Assembly: GCF_006345805.1 (NCBI RefSeq)
Contig: NC_043008.1
Span: forward strand, 68,386,001-68,450,000
Direction of reading: 5' to 3'
DNA from: Octopus sinensis
Lineage: Eukaryota
DNA length: 64,000 bases
Under the pieces are notes generated by a model. That model searched no databases. It was given only the letters and a program-made list of their open reading frames with translations, and was not told where the DNA came from. Below are positions 14,249-26,229 of the stretch, piece after piece. The number at the start of each line of letters is the position of its first letter. The stretch's first letter is position 1. A program made the translations under genes and the position numbers.

Positions 14249-14583
14249 GTAAAGAAATCCATCTTTGTAAGAATGAATCATGTTATAAAACTGCAAATGT
14301 GAAAACTACTTCGGATGCAGCGACCCCTGCTGATGGGGAGAAGGCTTCAGAATCTTCAGCTGATACTTCTACAGTTGATGTACAAAGATCTGGACCACAT
14401 TATCATTGCCCACTTTGCAATGTTCTGCGAAACCGACGGAGTCCACTCATTAACCATCTATGGCGCTGCATGGAACAGCCTCGCAATTCCAAAGCACTGA
14501 CAGACAATTGGAAAAAGGCTACAATACTTTTGGAAAAAGATTTTGAGAAAGTTCCTCATCCTCGTGATGTTGAAGGTTTAAAG
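14249..14583 (+). CDS. Zinc-finger gene exon; B-type finger with long insertion
   Basis: Acceptor ctttgttcAG, donor GTaagc; 335 nt, phase 1 to 0; KEIHLCKNESC...SGPHYHCPLCNVLRNRRSPLINHLWRC...VEGLK. Confidence 0.85.
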
Positions 14584-14971
14584 GTAAGCTAACCAATGTC
14601 CTTGCTTTGTTTCTCATTAAATCCTTTACTTTTATGTAGTGGCTCATTAAAAATGGATGAAGATTTAGTAGATTTAGTGCAGTTAATTTCTCCATTTGTT
14701 GCAGCTATATGTATGGTGCTTAATTTATAAATCTCTCCAGAAGGATGATCAACAAGGCCAACCCTCTTGTTGGATTTGAATCCAAAATTTTGATAAATAT
14801 AAACTAAATATTGTAATTAGTCCAATTCAATATCATTTTGCTGTAGAATGTCAGATATCATTTAACTTAGAATGTAGTGTCCACCAATCTGTTGTATGTA
14901 CCCTAATAACAAATTGCATTTATATTTCATGTAGTAATGTAACCTCAGTCTATGTCTCTATTATTTTCTAG

Positions 14972-15155
14972 TATCACCAGTCCATTGTACGTACCCTGAA
15001 TGATCTACCCATGGAAAAGTGCTATGCTCCTGACTGTAACTGTGGCCATAAGTACCATTGTCCCTTGTGTACAAAAGAGAAATTCAAACCCAATTTCTTG
15101 CAACACCTTCAGTACCATTACTATGCTCACTGGAAGAGACGGATCCAATATAAAG
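14972..15155 (+). CDS. Zinc-finger gene exon; module half A2
   Basis: Acceptor ttattttctAG (in-frame alternative AG ending at 14980), donor GTacag; 184 nt, phase 0 to 1; ...MEKCYAPDCNCGHKYHCPLCTKEKFKPNFLQHLQYHYYAHWKRRIQYK. Confidence 0.87.
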
Positions 15156-15169
15156 GTACAGAGATAACC

Positions 15170-15610
15170 CACTTGTACTCACTGGTGGTCTGTCTCACTA
15201 TATCTCATTAGTACTCTAGTCTACTGTATCTCACTAGTACTTTATTCTACTAAATCTCACTGGTACACTATTCCACTATATCATACTAGTGCTTTATTTC
15301 ACTAAATTTCATTGGTACTCTGTCTCCTATCTTACTTGTACTCATTGATACTCTGTTCTACTAATCTCACTAGTACTTTATTCCACTAAATCTCACTTGT
15401 ACTCACTGATACTCTTCCTCTAATGATCACTGATAACTTTCTCTCACTGATACTCTATTCCACTATATCTCACTCGTACTCTATTTATATGCATTGATAC
15501 TTTATCCTAATATACCTCGGATACTCTATTCCATTACATCCCACTGATACTCACTGGTACTCTGTCTCACTGACTCTTGGTCCTACTGTATCTTGTTGAT
15601 ACTCTATCTT
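15170..15610 (+). repeat. Degenerate approximately 26-bp minisatellite at the intron 5' end
   Basis: Recurrent ctcactagtactttattccactaaat-like units starting just after donor 15156. Confidence 0.75.
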
Positions 15611-16351
15611 ATTTAACGATGACTAGGTCACTTATGACAGGCATTGATGCATAGTAGTAAATAATATGATTACAAAATAAAAGTGAATATAATTGGAAAT
15701 TTGTTTTTTAAATTCCAATCATAGCTCTGCTATGATGCAATATCAGAAACAGGTTTTGGAAAGTATACAATTATATTACATATGGGCACAATACTTTTAC
15801 ATTTCTCTTCATTGTTTAAGTTGAGGGTGTCTTTATATATATATATATGCATTGTACACTTGTAAAGGTTTCCTCTGTACATATATAGAAATGGAAAAGT
15901 ATATATTTTATCTTTTATCTCTTGTTTCAGTTATTGGATTGTGGCCATGTCGAAGTACTACCTTAAAGTGTTTAATTGAACGATTTGACACTAATACTTA
16001 TTTTTAAAGCCTAGTACTTAATCTGTCAGTCTCTTTTACTGAACCACTAAGTTAGTGGGATGTAAACAAACCAAAACTGGTTGTCAAGCAGTGGCAGGAC
16101 ACGCATACACACACGTATATGTGTATGTATGTATGTATATGTATATATATGTGTGTATGTGTGTGTACATATGACATGTTACTTCACAGTTTGTTTACCA
16201 AATTTGTTCATACATATAGTCGAAATCACTTGCTCAGAGTGTCACAGTGGGACTGAACCTGAAACCATATGGTTGGTTGCAAATCAAGCTTCTTAACTAC
16301 ACAGCCATGATTACTCCTAATTATATATTTTATTTTTATTCTATTTTACAG

Positions 16352-16761
16352 AATACTCAGTGCTCCTCTGTAACGGACGTTGTGAGCTTGAGAAAGGTTG
16401 TAATAAAATCCGCTATCACTTTCACTGCCCCATTTGTGGATCGACCCGCCGGCGGCGCAAAAGCTTTGCTCGTCATTTAAAAATCTGTCCTGGGTCTGTC
16501 TGTATGAAAGTCTTGAAGCAGAACGAGTCGAGTGTAACAGCAATAGAGAATTTTTCTATCAATGGAGAATCTGGGCAGAAACTAGAACAGGAAAAGACGA
16601 ATGCTGATGTGGACCTGTCGCCTTCATTTCTTGTGGCTGAAAACGGTAACATTGGAGGGAATGAGCAAACTGGGGAACCACCATCTGAAGTAACATGTGA
16701 TGATAAGGATGTTGAGGAAGGTGAAGTGTTATGTGAACCAAAATCCTTGGAAGATTTTCAG
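16352..16761 (+). CDS. Zinc-finger gene exon; module half B2 plus acidic linker
   Basis: Acceptor ctattttacAG, donor GTatct; 410 nt, phase 1 to 0; (E)YSVLLCNGRCELEKGCNKIRYHFHCPICGSTRRRRKSFARHLKIC...EDFQ. Confidence 0.88.
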
Positions 16762-16958
16762 GTATCTCCTTTACTATTTATTCTACACATATTGCACCTG
16801 TGATTTCATGTTCAGTCCAACTCCGCTGCACCATAAGCAAGTGTTTTGTGCTATAGCTCTGGGTTGCTTGTGTGAGTGGATGAGATAGATGGAAGTTGAA
16901 AGAAACCCATTGTGTGTATGCATGTATGTACATGTGTGTAAATGTATGTGGGTATATA

Positions 16959-17430
16959 CAGGGGTTGGACAAAATAATGGAAACACCTTAAAATTTCAAA
17001 CAAATTTATTTTAATATGGGGTAGGACTTCCTTTGGCAGTAATTACAGCTTGAATTCTACGAGGTATGGTCTCATACAAAGTTTGAATTGTTTCTAAAGG
17101 AATTTTTGCCCGTTCTTCAGCTAAAACAGTCTCCAGTTCTTGTAGTGATGATGGTGGAGGACATCGACTCCTTACTTGTTTTTCTAAAATGCACCATAAA
17201 TGTTCAATAATATTGAGATCTGGGAACTGTGGTGGCCAGATAAGCTGTTCAACTTCACTAGAATGTTCCTCGTGCTATTCAGTAACAACTTTAGCTGTGT
17301 GAATTGGTGCATTATCAATCCTGCAAGATTGTGATTCCCTCTGGAAACAGTTCCACAACAATTGGTTGAATTTGATCAGATAAAATTCTCAAATATTCTT
17401 GACTATTAATTCTGCCATGAAGGGGAACTA
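16959..17430 (-). mobile_element. 3' fragment of a Tc1 (DD34E) element
   Basis: TIR ta|caggggttggacaaaataatggaaacac. Minus-strand translation gives DNAPIHTAK...WPPQFPDLNIIEHLW...IPRRIQAVI, with stops. Confidence 0.85.
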
Positions 17431-17479
17431 TTGGGCCAGTGGATTTCCAAGATATAGCTCCCCAGATCATCACAGATTC

Positions 17480-18406
17480 TTCTCCATGTTTAATAGAAGG
17501 CTGGGCAAAGTTCAGAGAGCTCCTACCTCTACTGGCAACAAAGGGCCTCTCAGAGTGAAAAGCAGATTGTATGATGCCTGTGTGTGAACAGCTATGCTAC
17601 ATGGCAGTGAAACATGGGCTGTGACAACCAAGGACACGCGTAGACTTGAAAGAAATGAAGCTAGTATGCTTTGCTGAATGTGCAATGTCTGCGTGCATGT
17701 TTGTCAGAGTGCAAGCATCTTGAGAGAAAAGTTGGGCATAAGAGGCATCAGATGTGGTGTACAAAAGAGACGACTGCACTAGTATGGTTATGTGATGTGT
17801 ATGGAAAAGGACAGCTGTGTAAAGAAGTGCTGATCTCTAACTGGAGGGAACCTGTGGTAGAGGTAGACCCAGGAACACAAGGGACGAGATGGTGAAGCAT
17901 CATCTTTGAACTTTGGGCCTCACAGAGGCAATGACTAGTGACCAAGACGTTTGGTGATTTGCTGTGCTTGAGAGGACCTGTCAAGCAAGTGAAATCATAG
18001 TCTTGGCTGATGCTGGTGTCACATTATTGGTACCTGTGCTAGTGGCACATAAAAATCACCTTTTGAGCATTAGGCCTCATGGAGACAAAGTAGCTGAACT
18101 CCTTTCAAGTGTTTGGCCTCATGGAAGCAATGACAGACCTTTGGCCTTATGTCGTGCTTGAGAAGACCCATCAAGCCAAGTGAAGTCCCAGTCGTGGCAG
18201 ATACTGGTGTCACACAAATGGCACCTGTGCTGGTAGCATGTAAAAGCACCCATTACACTCTTGGAGTGGTTGGTGTTAGGAAGGGCATCCAAAGGTAGAA
18301 ACCATGCCAAATCAGACTAGAGTCTGGTGCAGCCTTCCAGCTTGCCAGCCCTGGTCAAGCTGTCCAACCCATGCCAGCATGGACAATGGATATTAAATGA
18401 TGATGA
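17480..18406 (+). mobile_element. RTE LINE 3' fragment with (GAT)n tail
   Basis: LRVKSRLYDACV...ETWAVT...EGTCGRGRPR remnants followed by the shared 3' UTR and tail. Confidence 0.85.
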
Positions 18407-19700
18407 ATTAGATAAGGACAATAACTCAAAAGGGACCAGTGACATGAATTTAGTTAATTATTATTAATTGTTAAGCTATAAGGTTATTTAGACAATTAAG
18501 TTAATGGTTGGGCAACAAACCTGTGTGTCAGCTGTTTCTTATGATAGTTGAAGGAATGATTAACAGGGAAAGAAAGCGTTTAACCTATGTGGACAATTTG
18601 TTTCAGGACAGCAGAATGGCAAAAGTTAACAAATTAAAAACCTGCTTGGCGGACCACGATGGATGGTGTGCTCACATAAAATTATTGATGTGTCTGGGAG
18701 GACAGCCAAACTAACTAACTGGGCAATGAATTCTTATTTTATAGAATTTTCCCATTCATATCTTCATTTTTGGTTTTCTCTAAGTTAAGGGAGATAATTT
18801 CCTTAGGTGAATAAATTATCATCCATTCCACTTCCATTCCTCAAAAGCAACATGTCAGGAGAATACAAAGCGTGAAATAGCTGGCCTGAATCTATGTAAC
18901 TGTGTTGTAGTTTCACAAAACATCTTGTAGCCATATGAGATCTTAAGTACTAATTGCACACACATCTTTTATCTTTTACTTGTTTCACTCACTGGACTGT
19001 GGCCATACTGGAGCACTGCCTTCAAAGATGCACATATCTTTAGTTTAAGATCACAAAATCAACCCTGAAGCAATGAAAATGCTTGTTGTCTAAGTGATTG
19101 TACTTAACTTTTTTTTAAGCCTGGTACTTATTCTGTAGGTAACTTTTGGCCAAAGTGCTAAGTTACGGGGACATAAACAAACCAACACTGGTTATCAAGC
19201 ATTAGTTAGGAACAAACACAAATATAAATACAAAACACACACACACTCACAGGGCTTTGGTTGGCCTGGGGCTATAGTAGACGATGCATGCCCAAGGTGC
19301 CACGCAGTGGGACTGAACCCAGAACTATTTGGCTGGAAAGCAAACTTCTTACCACACAGTCATGACACACACACACACACACACACACACACATTCTCTC
19401 TCTCTCTTTCTCTCATGCTAATGTGTATCTGATAAAGAATTGTAAATCTCTAAAAATACATAAGCCATGTCCTAAGTATGTAAGAAAGGAGAATAATAAA
19501 GAACTTTTGTATTTGTCAAGTTATATAACAAACATTCATTCATTCTTAAATATTTTGTTAACCAGATCCGAACCCTTTTATTTAATCATTTCTTTTACAG
19601 TAGGCCAGGGCCCTCATTATTTCCTTAGTGAATTCATCTTTCCTGTTTTAAACATGTAATAAATTAATTCCCTCCCGTTTTCTCCTCTTTATTTTTGCAG

Positions 19701-19907
19701 GTCTATGAACATGTGATTGCCAAGTTGTCTAATAAATGTCTCGATGCTCTTCGGGATAAAGGCAACATTGAGGAGATCTTTTCTGATATTGCCCTACGTA
19801 CTGGTGCTGAATTGATTTGGAGCGAAGGAGAACTGGGAAGTCTTCCTGTACATGAATTAGTTGGAAATCTGAAAGTTCTAGAAATGTCAAAAGACTTGGT
19901 GTTAAAA
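19701..19907 (+). CDS. Zinc-finger gene exon; possible degenerate KH-like domain
   Basis: Acceptor atttttgcAG, donor GTaaga; 207 nt, phase 0 to 0; VYEHVIAKLSNKCLDALRDKGNIEEIFSDIALRTGAELIWSEGELGSLPVHELVGNLKVLEMSKDLVLK. Confidence 0.85.
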
Positions 19908-20770
19908 GTAAGAATTTCACTTCTAGCTTTGCAGAGAAAAATCAAAGATTTAAAAATGACAAAACAAGAAAAAAAAAACCCAGACAAGAGTCAATAATGA
20001 TTTCAGAAATTTTTGTTTGATTTTTCATTAGCTAATACATAGTCTAATACTGGGGCATTTAAGCCTGTGACTGAAAAAGAAATGGGTATAAGTACACAGG
20101 AATTTAGCCCACACCTCTTATTTTACAATATATTTTGCACTCTTATCACAAAAATAAGAGGGAGGTGTGGGTTTGATTCCCACTCATTCTAATAATCATT
20201 TTTTCCATTGGGGGCTTATATGCCCCTATATAACACCATTTTCTTTAGCCAATACATAGTAAACGCTTATAAGCTTAAAGCTTAAAATAATTATTTGCAG
20301 AATATATAAATAAGCATTGCTGTCATACAAATTATGTCTTTGGTTTCCAATCTTCTATGTATTTCATCACATCGTCCCACTGTCATCTCACTACACCTCT
20401 TGTGCATTTACAGACTCTATTATTTCCCTGTCACTTTTACTCATAAGCATCAACTACTACTTCTTTGTATGGGATCTTTCATCTTTCATACATTCTTTCT
20501 CCAGATTGTCCTCTTGTCTTTGAGTCTATCCTGCCCTTACTCTGAGGTCAGTGATCACTAGTTTATTTGAGTGTTTTATATATATATATATATATCATCA
20601 TCATCATCATCATCATCATCGTTTAACGTCCGCTTTCCATGCTAGCATGGGTTGGACGGTTCAACTGGAGTCTGGCAAGCCCGAAGGCTGCACCAGGCCA
20701 GTCAGATCTGGCAGTGTTTCTACAGCTGGATGCCCTTCCTAACGCCAACCACTCCGAGAGTGTAGTAAGA

Positions 20771-20818
<48 letters not shown>

Positions 20819-20867
20819 GTTACTTTCTTTACTGTATACTCATATTTTCTCTAAACACACATTGTAA

Positions 20868-20901
<34 letters not shown>

Positions 20902-20902
<1 letters not shown>

Positions 20903-21414
20903 TAGCAGTATCGCCCGGCGTTGCTTGGGTTTGTAAGGGAAATAACTATATAAGCATTTTTAGAGAGTTACTTCCTTTATAGATGCCAATTCGGGCTTTC
21001 TTAGCCATTTCTGTTTTGGTGTCTTCAAGCCATGAAGTCGTTGTTCTAAAAGAACGCTGGTCTCCTTGACAACGCATTACGACGTTGATTTCCTTAAACT
21101 CCCTTCCCCACAGCTTCACGAGGGAGGGAAGAAGGGGGAGAAGCAAACAGGTGCAGGTGTGAGCGTGGACGCCAACTCCGCTGCCATTGACACACGAAAA
21201 ATTATGCATTAAAATGGAATAAAAAATGATGTTAAATTATTTTTTAAATCGTAGACTCATCGTAGATGCGCGCTAATAGCCAGACAGGCTCGATATGAAT
21301 TACGACTATAAGATACCCGAATTTGGTTAAACTGCACCGCAAAATGTGGGAGGAGTTAGGAATCTAAATCGTAGGAGACAGACACTCACACAACTACAGT
21401 TTTATATATATAGA
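20902..21414 (-). mobile_element. Non-autonomous Helitron
   Basis: Minus strand starts TC(tatatatataaaac) and ends with a GC-rich hairpin followed by CTAG, inserted between A and T; near-identical to 35530-36034. Confidence 0.85.
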
Positions 21415-21904
21415 TATATATACATATTACTGTATTTTCCAGCATAGAAGTTGGTGTAGTATATAGCACAAACATGTGCTGGTGCCATGTAAAAAGCACC
21501 CAGCACACACTGTAAGGTGGTTGGCATTAGGATGTGCAGCCGGCCACAGGAACCAAGCCAAATAGACTGGATCCTGGTGCAGCTCTCTGGCTTGCCAGCA
21601 TTGGTCCAACTGCCCACCTCAAGCCAACATGAAAAATGGATGTTAAATATTGATGATAATGATCATGATGATGATGTAGTGTAAACATTTGTTCATCATC
21701 TCTATCTTTTAAAATCCTGCAGCATTTCATCTCGGTGTATATGACCTATCTTTTTTGTCTGTAAATTTTGAAAAATTTGACTTGTATGCCAAAAAGTATG
21801 TTATTTTCTCTATGTACAGTGTGGTTTCTCTAAATGCAAGCTGTGACATTTTCTATACATGTTTTTCATGTTTGGCCTAATCATCTTTACTGTTTTCTTT
21901 TCAG

Positions 21905-21983
21905 GCCATTATTGGAGATCTGAATACAGAACAAGTTATTCCCACAAAACAATATGAAGAGAAAAATACTCAGACTGATGAAG
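21905..21983 (+). CDS. Zinc-finger gene small exon carrying a KxTQT motif
   Basis: Acceptor ttttcttttcAG, donor GTcagt; 79 nt, phase 0 to 1; AIIGDLNTEQVIPTKQYEEKNTQTDE. Confidence 0.8.
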
Positions 21984-22249
21984 GTCAGTAAACTATTTTC
22001 TTAACGGCCATATGAAGCATGTAGTCTAAAGTCAGAACCCCACTCCCCAATGACCGACTACATTTGAAAGAGAATTAACAAATGTTATGTCCAGGAATGT
22101 GGCACAAGTGAATCAAAGGACCCAGTCTTCAATGGTGTCAGATTGGAATTGTTTTCCATACAACATGTATATTTTTTGCATAAGCAAGATGGTTTATTTC
22201 TTATCATAATTATTTTTATAGCTAGGTGAATATTCCTTACTACTAACCA

Positions 22250-22500
22250 CTCAGCTGTAAAGTAGAGAGTGGAGTATACTAGTTAATACTCCTTATTATT
22301 ACCTGTTCAACTGTGAAGTAGAGTGTAGATATGCTGGATAGTATACCTTCTTACCATTAACCGATTGAGAAGTAAAGAGTAGAGATATGTTGGATGCTAT
22401 TCTTTCCTACTGCTGTCCGGTCGACCGTGAAGTAGGGAGTAGATTATACTAGATGATACTCCTCCCTATCTTTGACTAATCAGTTGAGAGGTAGAGAGTA
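22250..22500 (+). repeat. Degenerate approximately 60-bp tandem repeat (4-5 units)
   Basis: Recurrent ctgtgaagtagag(a/t)gtagatat...gatgatactcct units. Confidence 0.6.
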
Positions 22501-23483
22501 AAATTTTTGCTTTTCTCAGCCAGGTAGAATAAACAGTATAAGGTGATGTACTCCGGATGGGGAGGAGACTTATCAATACCATCAACACCAGTATTTGATA
22601 GGTATTATAATGGTTACAGTAGATCGGCTTGAGCTACTAACCATTTGGTCAATAGGTCTGTAGTCCAGCATCTTAAATACACAATCAACATTCCATTAAT
22701 ATTTGCAAGGAAATGGTTGGCAGATTGGCATTAGTGTGTTGGCCCAAACCCCTTATGATATTTACTTCTCTTTGTGTTCTTGCCCAGGGGATTGGCAAAA
22801 TTGTGTTGGACAAAATGCCTTGTTGTTCTTTTGGCTCTTTACATCATGAGTTCAGCTGTAAAATAGGGAGTGGAGACATACTTCGGTCAGCTTTATCTTT
22901 TATTCTTTCAGGGTTGATAAAATAAAGTACCAGTTACAGGACTTGATGTAATTGACTGTTCCCTTACCCTAAACTTGCTCACTTTGTGCCTTAATTAGAA
23001 TCAATTATTATATGAGGGTGGTGGAATAGTAGAACTGTTAAAACATTAGAAAAAATGTTTTGTGATATTTTTCCAACTCTTTACATTTTGAGTTCAATTC
23101 TTACTGAGACCAACTTTGCTTTTTATCCCTCTAGGGATGATGAGATATAATACCTATCAAATACTGGAGTTGATGGTATTGACTAGTCCCCCTCTCTTAA
23201 AATTGCTGGCCTTGTGTCTAAATCAAAATGCCATAAAGGCAGCAAACTAGCAGAATTGCTAGAATGTCAGAAAAAGTACTTTGTGGTGTTTGTCTGTAGC
23301 TCTTTACATTGTGAGTTCAAATCCTGTTGAATCAACTTTGCCTTTCATCCTTTCGGTGGGATCGATAAATTAAAGCTCTATTTAAGTTTGGGGTTGATTG
23401 TATTGACCACTCTCCATCCCTCAAAATTGCTGGCCTTGTACTTTAATCAGAAACCATTATTATTATTTTTTTTTTTTTTTCAG

Positions 23484-26200
23484 ATTTGTACCCAAAGAAT
23501 TGTATGGATGCTAGCATACAAGTTGAAGTCAGCCTGCTGTCAGAACAGAGAATTCCACCTTCACTTGAAATGAATCCCTCCAACACAGTTAATGGTGATA
23601 AAACGCCAGAAAACACCTATTCTAACCAGTCTTCAAAGCAACTGAACAAACGGGCATTAAATAATTCTGACAAAGATACAAGAGTTACTTTGAAAGAATA
23701 CAGCTCCAAAAGATCTAAAGACAATGGTGAGAAACATCCTGAGAGTCCAGCAGCTAGTTTGGTGGCCTCACCATCTTCTCCCAGAAAACGTGGGCGGCCT
23801 CGAAAGCTAAACAACTGTTTGAACCCAAGCAATATTAAAGTTCGAAAAGTTGACTCAACCATAGAAGATTTACAAAGTCCAGGTGCTAAAACAATCAAAA
23901 GGAAAAGAGGAAGGCCAAGGAAAGAGATTAGCAATAAAGTTAATGCTTCTGAAGAAACTGTTTATGAAAAAGATCTTGATGATGCCGATGACATGACCCC
24001 AGATGCTGATAGTCACCTGTTAAATAGCAAACGCTATTCTACCCGTGGGAAGAAAATTGATTTCTCATTCCTCGTGGGAAAACCCAAGAAAAGCGAACTC
24101 TTTAAAATGAACTCTGAAAATGGTTTAAATGATTCAAGTGATGAAGACTCTCCATCTTCAGAAACAGTTGGTGCCAGTTGTTCAGACAGTGGTAAACCTG
24201 ATGAGGCTATGTTAATTGATGACAGTTCTGAAACTAATAAACTCACAAATGATGAGAGTAACACTAGTAGTAGTATTAATGATAATAATAAGAACAATGA
24301 TAATGATAAAGTAACTGTTCAAAGTGATACTGTTAGTCAGAAGAATTCTAAAGCATCTTCAACTAGTGCTAATCCTTCGAAATCAAAAGATTCTAGCAAA
24401 AAACCTAAATCCCGTGTTTTCAAGCCATTAGTAATGTCAGATGTTGCTGTATTACCTACCATCCGGGATTTATTCACTTCCAAAAAAAGGCAAAGACAGA
24501 GAAATAGGAATGATTTGAAGTCTGAATTAGCTGCAGCTGGTATAAGTGGTCGGGGACCATCATCATCCTTATCATCATCATCTACTAGTGAAGTAAATTC
24601 CAGGTATGCTGGGAACACCTTTAATCAAACTCCTAAAACTACAGAATCAAAACAGCTTTCATCTCACACTTATGACCTGCTTTGTCACTTGTGTGGCTTA
24701 CAGGATAATCAATTTGATATAATTACCGAACATTTAAGGCAAGAACACAACATAGAAAACCCATTGCGTTGTGATGTCTGTCAAAGAACTTTCGATCGAT
24801 TGTTTGACTTAAAGAGTCATCTGTCTCGTAAACATGGACCATTTCCCCAGTTAGCTATTGTTCACTGTTCTGTGTGTGGCAAAAGCTTTCAGGGTACTGC
24901 CAAACTGAATTGGCACATGAGTTTTATGCACAAAATTACTAAGGAACCCGATCCCAAAAAGACTTCTATGAAATGTAATCAATGCAGTTTTGTGGCTCCG
25001 AACTATTCTGCTTTGATTAATCACAAAGAAACTCATGTAGATGATTCTAAGTTGTGCAATTTATGTGGGAAACTCTTTTCAAAAGGGAACCATTTAATTA
25101 CTCATATTCAGGCTGTTCACACAAAAGAGAAAGCAGCTCAGTGTAAGCAGTGTGGTAAACAGTTCAATCATATACGTTACCTCCGCACTCACATGAAACG
25201 ACATGAAGGCATTAAGAAACATGAATGCAACTTATGTGGCTGGCGTTTCTTTGAAAGCAATACTCTTAAAGACCATTTAGAAACTCACAAAGACGTTAGC
25301 AAACGAAAATATCGTTTTACTTGTGACTATTGTGGTCAGAAACACATCAGTAAAGCTAATTTCAATGATCATCTTAACAAACACACCGGCAACAAACCTC
25401 ACAAATGTCAGCTGTGTGGCAAAGGGTTTGCTTTCCGCACAATGTTGATGAAACATCAGATTCATATCCACACTACAGAGAAACCATTTAAGTGTACATG
25501 TTGTGATCGAGCATTTAAATTTAAGTCGAAACTTATTCAACACATGGTCATTCATACTGGAATCAGTAAATATGTATGTCAGAACTGTAACAAACCATTT
25601 TCATGTTCAGCTACACTGAAACACCACCAACCTCGTTGTAAAGGAGATAAATCATGGCAGCAGAGCAGAACGGTTATCAGTGATGGAATGACATTAACAG
25701 TTGATGGACTTCAACTGGAACAACAGCAGGTAGAGTCTGGTGAAAACATTGCCATTCCAGTGGGGGATCAAAACGACATTGTCATCGATATGTCAAACCT
25801 ATCTGGTATCCCAGAAGGCAACATTCTGCAGGCTGCTGCACAGGCTGCTCAGCTGATGGAGATGCCAGAAGTGTTTATGTGTAGTGAGTGTAATGCTGTC
25901 TTCTCTTCTCTAGCACATGCTGAGAGCCATGTAACCACATGTCGTATTGATGTTGCTACTATCGACACACCAAACATTGAAATAAAGGTGTTAGACGACC
26001 AACAGAATACAAGCTTTGTTGAAACAGCAATTTCTGTTGATAATACCTCCACCATTGCTGTTGATAATTCCACCACAATTGCTGTTGATAATTCTGCCGC
26101 AATTGCTGTTGATAATTCCTCCACGATTGCTGTTGATAATTCCTCCACGATTGCTGTTGATAATTCTTCCACAATTGCCATTGATAATTCCTCCAACTGA
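23484..26200 (+). CDS. Zinc-finger gene terminal exon: AT-hooks, 10 C2H2 + 2 C2HC fingers, octapeptide tail
   Basis: Poly-T tract + cAG acceptor, phase 1; long ORF (provided 23486-26200). Two RGRPRK AT-hooks; CxxC-x12-H-x3/4-H fingers with TGNKP and TTEKP linkers; ends TGA at 26198-26200. Confidence 0.95.
26030..26197 (+). repeat. Coding 24-bp tandem repeat x7 (consensus peptide IAVDNSST)
   Basis: Seven consecutive attgctgttgataattcctccacN-like units directly before the stop codon. Confidence 0.95.
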
Positions 26201-26229
26201 TCACATGTCAGTGGGGCATTATATTATTG

